Below are positions 58,547-64,000 of a stretch of 64,000 nucleotides of DNA, piece by piece. The notes beneath the pieces are model-generated. The model was not told the DNA's origin. It saw only the letters and a list, made by a program, of their open reading frames with translations, and made no database searches. The stretch is taken from assembly GCA_017937845.1 (NCBI GenBank), contig JAGBCV010000006.1:1-64000 (forward strand). Direction: 5' to 3'. The stretch comes from Clostridia bacterium (GTDB lineage Bacteria > Bacillota > Clostridia > Oscillospirales > CAG-272). The number at the start of each line of letters is the position of its first letter. Within the stretch, counting starts at the first letter, position 1. The position numbers and the translations under genes were made by a program.

Positions 58547-59410
58547 TCACACCAACATCTCCGGCACGAGCGCAGAAAATCCTCCGAAATCCCCGTCCGA
58601 AAAATCCACCGCCAAAAGCGCACGACGGCTTTCCCACTTGCCTTGGACACGCAAAAAGACCGCCTTCGGCAAAGCCGCCAGCAAGATCCCGTCACCCGAA
58701 ACGGTCTTTGACGGAACGAACCTTAGCCGCGCCCCCGACATATAATCTGTGGAAGCGATACCCATTCGCATGGCTTCCAAAAGCGCCGACGGCAAAAAAT
58801 CCGCATCCTTTTCCTTGATAAAGATCACGGGCGTACCCGAAAGCGGCTCGGAAAGCAGATTGCCGCTATCCACAAGCCCTACCATTTCCTTTTCTTTTTC
58901 TGCAAATTGAATCCTGAGTTCACACGTCCGCAAGGCATTTTTGGCGCGAAAGATGCGCCCGATGCCCCACGTGGCAAGCGCGGAAAGCGAGGATAACACA
59001 ACGAAAAGCCAAACGGGCATATCGCCGTAGACCGTTGCGATGCTTCCTCCGATCTCGATATACTGCTCGTATGCGCCGAGCTTGACGAAAGCCATCGTCA
59101 TCATGCCTCCGATGAGCATATTCACACCGCAAAAAAGCACGACCGTCAGCGCAAACCGATGCAGGCTCTGCTTGCCAAACGCAAGAAAACACATGAAAAG
59201 CATGACGAGCGCCGTCAGCAAAAAGGAGACGGCTTTGCCGACGGTAAGCACAAGCTCCAAAACGCCGTAAAATGCGCCGAGCGATGCCCCGAGAATCACG
59301 CGCCATGCCTTCATGGGTATATGTAAAAGCTTCCCCACCATATAAAGGGAAAGGAAGTCCATACTGAAATTGATGATAAAGAGAACATCTCCGTAAATTT
59401 CCTCGACCAT
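58547..59410 (-). CDS. spoIIGA: Sigma-E processing peptidase SpoIIGA
   Basis: Polytopic N-terminus and C-terminal aspartic protease motif GLVDSGN. RBS aaaggagag before the chosen ATG. Confidence 0.8.
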   Translation of the reverse strand: MVEEIYGDVLFIINFSMDFLSLYMVGKLLHIPMKAWRVILGASLGAFYGVLELVLTVGKAVSFLLTALVMLFMCFLAFGKQSLHRFALTVVLFCGVNMLIGGMMTMAFVKLGAYEQYIEIGGSIATVYGDMPVWLFVVLSSLSALATWGIGRIFRAKNALRTCELRIQFAEKEKEMVGLVDSGNLLSEPLSGTPVIFIKEKDADFLPSALLEAMRMGIASTDYMSGARLRFVPSKTVSGDGILLAALPKAVFLRVQGKWESRRALLAVDFSDGDFGGFSALVPEMLV

Positions 59411-59587
59411 CACGCTCTCCTTTTCATATTGCATGATAGTATTATACATGACGCTATCCGAAAAAAAGGTCGAAATCATGGGTATAAAAAACAAAAAATG
59501 CACGAATTTTTCGTGCATTTTTCGCATAAATATAGATATTTTCATGTTGTTTTGTAGGGCGGGATGCCCTCATCCCGCCGAAATGAT

Positions 59588-61198
59588 TTATTTCTCTCGA
59601 TTCACCGTGATCATCGTACCGAGCAAAAATCTGGGGTCATTTTCCGCATAGGAGATATAACCGTTGCCGATTGCAAATTCGAGAACCGCACCGCGAGCCT
59701 CCCAAACCTGATCCTCGATGATCGCTTTGCCGATGGGATCATTCATGAAGGAGGCGGGAATTTCCGCAAGAAGGATCTTTTTGCTTGCTTCCTTGCACTC
59801 GCGGGCAGAATCCACGACCTCGCGCCATGCCGCAGAAAGCGTTTTCTTGTCTTCTTCGGGAAGCCCCTTATCTCCGATATCGCCCAAGCGTGCATCCACG
59901 ACCATCATCTGCGGAATATACGCGCCGTTTTCCTCCTTAAGATAGCCCATATTGCAAAGCTCACGAACGGCGCTTTCGTCCGCTTCTCTGCCCTCGCAAA
60001 CGGCTTCGAGCGCATCGGCAAGATAACCCTTCATCTGTTCGGGCGTCTTTTTGTAAATATTGCGGAAACCAAATTTGTACTGTGAGAAATACGCTTCGGA
60101 TTCATATGAGCCATGCAGACCGACAAAGTTAAAGCCATCGCCATGATATTCTTCATAGCCGATGATATCCCATTCACCGCCGTTCGGTCGCTTGGTTCTC
60201 GTTTCCGCTTCGGGAGAAGAAAGCTCAAAAAGTGCCACGTCCGTTGCGCGCATAAGTCTTGCCCAGCGCATATCCTCCTCGGGCTGTGCGCCGAGATTCC
60301 AGCGCAGTCCGTTTTTCGCGTAAAGCTCGTCGCGGAGCGCAAGGAATTTTTCAATCTTCTTTTCCATCGCGGGCGCCAACTTACAAAGTGTTTCAAAAAT
60401 CTTGCGCTGTGCTTCCGCGCTGATGATAGCAATGGTCGATTCATATTTTTTGCCGTTTTTACGGAGCAAAAGCTGTTTTTCGAGAACGGCGATTTCTTCC
60501 TCCAAATACGGAAGCGCAACGCCGAGCTCAAGAGAGAGCTCTTCTGCGGTCATGGGGTTTCTGTACGCCGCAAGGAGAATATTTTTCGGGAGAAGCTTTT
60601 CAAAAAGCGACCAGGGTTCGTTTCGTTTTCCCGGCTTGGGGACGTAATTCACAAAAGAAATATTTTCGGGTCTGTAACTGAGTTTACCAAATTCGCGTGC
60701 CATATCCATACCTTCTTTCAAAATTTCACGGGCTTTGATGAGCCTTGTTTTGACAGTACCGAGAGGAAGACCGGTTTCTTTGGCGATCGTGGGCAGGCTT
60801 TTATCGTCGATATAAAACGCGACGAGTACCTGTCTGTAATCCGAGCGGATAAAGGCAAGCTCACGGCGAAGAATGGCGATCGTTTCCGCATGAACGAGAT
60901 TTTCTTCCGCGTTCATTTCTTCATCTGCGATATCGATATGCTCTGCGATATCCTCGCCGTCAAAAAGCTCGTTTTTCTTGTGCTTTTTGTCTGCCCATTT
61001 GGCATAGCGGTTTTTTGCGATTTTCCACACCCACGCGGAAAAGCTTTCGGGAATCGTACCCTTATGAAGTTCCTGCAAAATGGCGATGGTGATATCGGAG
61101 GAAAGCTCCTCGGCTTCCTGCTCGCTTCCTGTCTTGCGAAGGCAATAATAGAAGATCGCGCCGAGATATTCCGATGCGTAATGTTCCGCGTATGTCAT
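59588..61198 (-). CDS. ECF-type sigma-70 family factor with a ~350-aa C-terminal extension
   Basis: Region 2 (LGAIFYYCLRK...) and region 4 (LPTIAKETGLPLGTVKTRLIKAR) in the first ~180 aa. Long extension of unknown function. Confidence 0.6.
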   Translation of the reverse strand: MTYAEHYASEYLGAIFYYCLRKTGSEQEAEELSSDITIAILQELHKGTIPESFSAWVWKIAKNRYAKWADKKHKKNELFDGEDIAEHIDIADEEMNAEENLVHAETIAILRRELAFIRSDYRQVLVAFYIDDKSLPTIAKETGLPLGTVKTRLIKAREILKEGMDMAREFGKLSYRPENISFVNYVPKPGKRNEPWSLFEKLLPKNILLAAYRNPMTAEELSLELGVALPYLEEEIAVLEKQLLLRKNGKKYESTIAIISAEAQRKIFETLCKLAPAMEKKIEKFLALRDELYAKNGLRWNLGAQPEEDMRWARLMRATDVALFELSSPEAETRTKRPNGGEWDIIGYEEYHGDGFNFVGLHGSYESEAYFSQYKFGFRNIYKKTPEQMKGYLADALEAVCEGREADESAVRELCNMGYLKEENGAYIPQMMVVDARLGDIGDKGLPEEDKKTLSAAWREVVDSARECKEASKKILLAEIPASFMNDPIGKAIIEDQVWEARGAVLEFAIGNGYISYAENDPRFLLGTMITVNREK

Positions 61199-61314
61199 GA
61201 TCTGTTCCTCTTTCGGTCTGTAATTTTGTACGGAGGGTTTGGACGTTCCGGACCGTCTTTCCTCGCTTACATCTATATAGTGTCGGCTTTTTCGATTTGG
61301 CTTTCTTTTTCCTT

Positions 61315-61505
61315 AAACTTTTTCTTTAAATATAAAGAAAAAGTTACAAAAAGAAAAACTCAGCGTTCTTTTCTTGTTCCTACAAGAAAAGAACCAAAAG
61401 AAACGGCAAGGTAGCGTAGCGGAATCGCGGGAATGAATGATAGCCTGAATGGCTGTCAGAACCGCGATTTGACCGAGTCGCAACGAGGCATTGCCCCTTG
61501 ACCCA
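61315..61505. repeat. Composite palindromic repeat element plus an embedded GC-rich structured segment
   Basis: aaactttttcttt-aaatat-aaagaaaaagtt, then gttcttttcttg-ttccta-caagaaaagaac, then a GC-rich segment with stems gaatcgcgg...ccgcgattt and gcctgaatggc, ending ccccttgaccc. Parallels 41357-41470. Confidence 0.45.
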
Positions 61506-61526
61506 ATATGAGGCAACACACGTTTA

Positions 61527-61976
61527 TTATTTTTTCGCAAATTCCTTCACAAAGGGGCGATATCCAAGCTCATCAAAGCCAAGATTTCGGTAGAGCTTCT
61601 CCGCTTTTTCGTTTTCGGGTTCAGTTTCAAGGCGCATACGGCGAAGATCCTTTCCGTAAAAATCCTCGGCAAAGGCGAAAAATTCATGTCCAAGACCTTT
61701 TCCGCGGTGAGCAGGTGTCAAATAGAGCTCCTCGATCCAAACGCAAAGACCGCCCGCCTCATGGGAATATGTCTTCGCCGTCATGGCGTATCCTGCAAGT
61801 TCATCCTTATCATATATAAGGAAACCATCGGCATACACGTCCGAGCGCATCATTTCCTCAAACGCCGCCGCATGATAATCTTCGGGGATCGGATGCAAAA
61901 CGGCATCCGAGGTATAAAATTCACGCAAAAGAGAAAGAAAGATTTCTCTATCGCAAGGAGTAAGTTTTCGTATCAT
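61527..61976 (-). CDS. GNAT-family N-acetyltransferase
   Basis: AcCoA-binding motif TPAHRGKGLGHEFF. Confidence 0.75.
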   Translation of the reverse strand: MIRKLTPCDREIFLSLLREFYTSDAVLHPIPEDYHAAAFEEMMRSDVYADGFLIYDKDELAGYAMTAKTYSHEAGGLCVWIEELYLTPAHRGKGLGHEFFAFAEDFYGKDLRRMRLETEPENEKAEKLYRNLGFDELGYRPFVKEFAKK

Positions 61977-62047
61977 AAGAACCTCACAAAACAGAAACCC
62001 TTTTGGAAAAACCCCAAAAGGGTTCGCTTTTTTTATTTTTCAAAACA

Positions 62048-63304
62048 TCATTGATGATTGCCAAGCAAATAATCTGCCGCCATCATGATGGCGTATTTAC
62101 CGCTTTCATAGGTCAGACCGCCTTGGAAAAATGCGGTATACGGAGGGCGCAGAGGACCGTCTGCGGAAAGCTCGATGGAAGCGCCCTGAATAAACGTACC
62201 TGCCGCCATGATGACCTGGTCGTCGTATCCGGGCATATCCCAAGGCTCGGGGGTCACGAAGGAATCCACGGGAGAGCCTGCCTGGATGCCGCGGCAGAAC
62301 GCACAAAGACCGTCGGGATTGCCAAATTTCACAGTCTGAATGATATCGTGGCGTGTGTCCGTATATTTGGGCTCGACCTCATAGCCGAGTTTTTCAAAGA
62401 TGTACGCCGCGAACGCCGCCGTTTTCTTCGCCTGCGCGACAACGTGAGGCGCAAAGAAGAAGCCGCGGCAAATATCTCTCGTCTGACCGAGAGAAGCGCC
62501 ACATTCCATACCGATACCGACCGTTGTCAAACGGTAAGAGCAAAGCTCGACGGCGCGTTTTGTACCTGCCACATAACCGCCCGAAGCCGCAAGACCGCCG
62601 CCGGGATTTTTAATGAGAGAGCCGACGATGACGTCTGCGCCGTGCGCGGTGGGCTCGCTGTCATCGCAAAATTCGCCGTAGCAGTTGTCAACGACAACGT
62701 AAGCATCGCTTCTCGCTTTGGAGAATTTTGCGATCTCACCGATTTCTTTCGAGGAAAGCGTGGGGCGGTTCGCATAACCCTTGGAGCGCTGAATGAACAC
62801 GACCTTCACGCGCTTGCCGTGTTCCGCGAGCTTTTTATCGATGCCGTCAAAGTCGATCCCGCCATCGGGAAGAAGCGCGACCTCGTCGTATTCCACGCCG
62901 AAATCCGCAAGAGAGCCGTCGCCGTTTTTGGTCTTATCGCCGATGACCTCGGAAAGCGTATCGTAAGGTCTGCCCGTTACGGCGAGCATGATATCACCGG
63001 GACGAAGAAGTCCGAAAAGCACCGTTGCGATGGCCTGTGTGCCGTTGACGATATTATGACGGACGAACGCGGATTCCGCACCGAAAACGTCCGCGTAGAT
63101 ATCGCCCATCGCATCTCTGCCCGTATCGCCGTAGCCGTAGCCCGTGGATCCGCCGAACATCGCGTCGGAAACGCGGTGACGGCGGAAGCTGTCAAGCACT
63201 CTCGCGGAGTTCGTGTAAGCGATTTTATCCATTTCCGCAAAAACGGGAGCAAGCTCCTTTTCCGCTTCTGCGGCAAGTGTCAAGATTTTTTCAGAAAATT
63301 CCAT
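62048..63304 (-). CDS. PLP-dependent aluminium-resistance/YnbB-family (methionine gamma-lyase-like) protein
   Basis: Length and conserved blocks (SLIKNPGGGLA..GGY) of the Cys/Met-metabolism PLP enzyme family. Start at MEFSEK. Confidence 0.75.
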   Translation of the reverse strand: MEFSEKILTLAAEAEKELAPVFAEMDKIAYTNSARVLDSFRRHRVSDAMFGGSTGYGYGDTGRDAMGDIYADVFGAESAFVRHNIVNGTQAIATVLFGLLRPGDIMLAVTGRPYDTLSEVIGDKTKNGDGSLADFGVEYDEVALLPDGGIDFDGIDKKLAEHGKRVKVVFIQRSKGYANRPTLSSKEIGEIAKFSKARSDAYVVVDNCYGEFCDDSEPTAHGADVIVGSLIKNPGGGLAASGGYVAGTKRAVELCSYRLTTVGIGMECGASLGQTRDICRGFFFAPHVVAQAKKTAAFAAYIFEKLGYEVEPKYTDTRHDIIQTVKFGNPDGLCAFCRGIQAGSPVDSFVTPEPWDMPGYDDQVIMAAGTFIQGASIELSADGPLRPPYTAFFQGGLTYESGKYAIMMAADYLLGNHQ

Positions 63305-63320
63305 GGTGCCGTCCTTTCGC

Positions 63321-64000
63321 TCATGCAAGCTCCGCTTCGCAAAGACCCGCGAGGATCTTCACGCCGCCCGCAACGTCGCCCATATCCACGATCTCCACAC
63401 CGCTATGACCGTAACGTGTGGGAACGGAGAGCGCGCCTGCGATACAGCCCGCGCCCGTCTGCTGGAGCATACAGGTGTCCGTACCGCCTCTTTCGAGGAT
63501 CTCAAGCTGATAGGGGGTCTTGGTTTCTTCCGCGATCTTTTTCATGGTGTCGACCATCGTTTTGTGGCAGATGACCATGCCGTCCTTGATTTTGATGGCG
63601 ATACCGTTTCCGAGCACGACCGCAAAGGGCGCGCAGTTCGGAACGTCACCCGAGCCGCCGATATCGACAGCCACCGCATAGTCGGGCATGATGCCGAACG
63701 CCGCAGTCTTTGCGCCGCGAACGCCGACCTCTTCCTGAACGGTAAAGACGAAATAAACGTCGTTTTCAAAATGCTTTGCGGTCCTTGCCGCTTCAAAAAG
63801 CATGACACAGCCGATTCTGTCGTCGATGGGACGGCCGTAAACGCGACCGTTCATGAGCTTGGCAAGGCTGGGGGTAAGACGGCAGGTATCGCCGATCTTG
63901 ACTTTCTTTTCGGCTTCCTTTTTGGTTCTTGCGCCGATATCCACGTAGACCTTGTTCGGTCCGAAATCGTTCGGTGCGGTATTCGCATCGGGAACGATGA
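63321..64000 (-). CDS. M42-family (FrvX-like) aminopeptidase, C-terminal part; gene continues past the window end
   Basis: M42 blocks DDRIGC, VQEEVGVRGA, GGTD. No start codon within the window. Confidence 0.7.
   Translation of the reverse strand, partial: IVPDANTAPNDFGPNKVYVDIGARTKKEAEKKVKIGDTCRLTPSLAKLMNGRVYGRPIDDRIGCVMLFEAARTAKHFENDVYFVFTVQEEVGVRGAKTAAFGIMPDYAVAVDIGGSGDVPNCAPFAVVLGNGIAIKIKDGMVICHKTMVDTMKKIAEETKTPYQLEILERGGTDTCMLQQTGAGCIAGALSVPTRYGHSGVEIVDMGDVAGGVKILAGLCEAELA

Noticed and set aside
1-64000. CRISPR arrays, tRNA or rRNA genes
   Set aside because: No regularly spaced direct repeats with unique spacers were seen. No cloverleaf-compatible tRNA-like segments or rRNA-like conserved blocks were recognised on either strand.

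Overview
This ~64 kb window looks like chromosome from an endospore-forming, moderately GC-rich Firmicute (Clostridia-like). The core content is a complete spoIIIAA–AH operon, spoIIGA–sigE preceded by an extended ECF-type sigma factor, rpoD–dnaG–dgt, hflX, rpmE, tex and rsuA. There are also carbohydrate genes (GH38 alpha-mannosidase, GH78 alpha-L-rhamnosidase, an MsmK-type ABC ATPase, glycerate kinase), a GT8/acyltransferase cluster, an M6 metalloprotease lipoprotein and an SPFH–zinc-ribbon–TPM (YdjGHI-like) membrane module.

The most striking structure is a CotJC-like manganese catalase gene that is split precisely, in frame, by an ~8.65 kb element. The element is flanked by identical 10-bp direct repeats (GGTACAGAAG at 1790-1799 and 10448-10457), and a large serine recombinase gene sits at its right end. 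This is the architecture of the skin/SpoIVCA-type intervening elements of sporulation genes. The same gene also lacks its 5' end, which abuts a low-GC island carrying an ImmA/IrrE-family peptidase plus a membrane protein.

A second low-GC three-gene cassette lies at 10.9-12.3 kb (MerR-like regulator plus two small proteins). Two families of extragenic hairpin repeats occur: GGTGGATATTT-type and CTTTTTCTTT/AAAGAAAAAG-type. A 400-bp structured convergent intergenic region sits at 18130-18520, and a candidate structured RNA lies upstream of the ECF sigma gene.

Several long antisense ORFs in the track are rejected as GC-driven artefacts.
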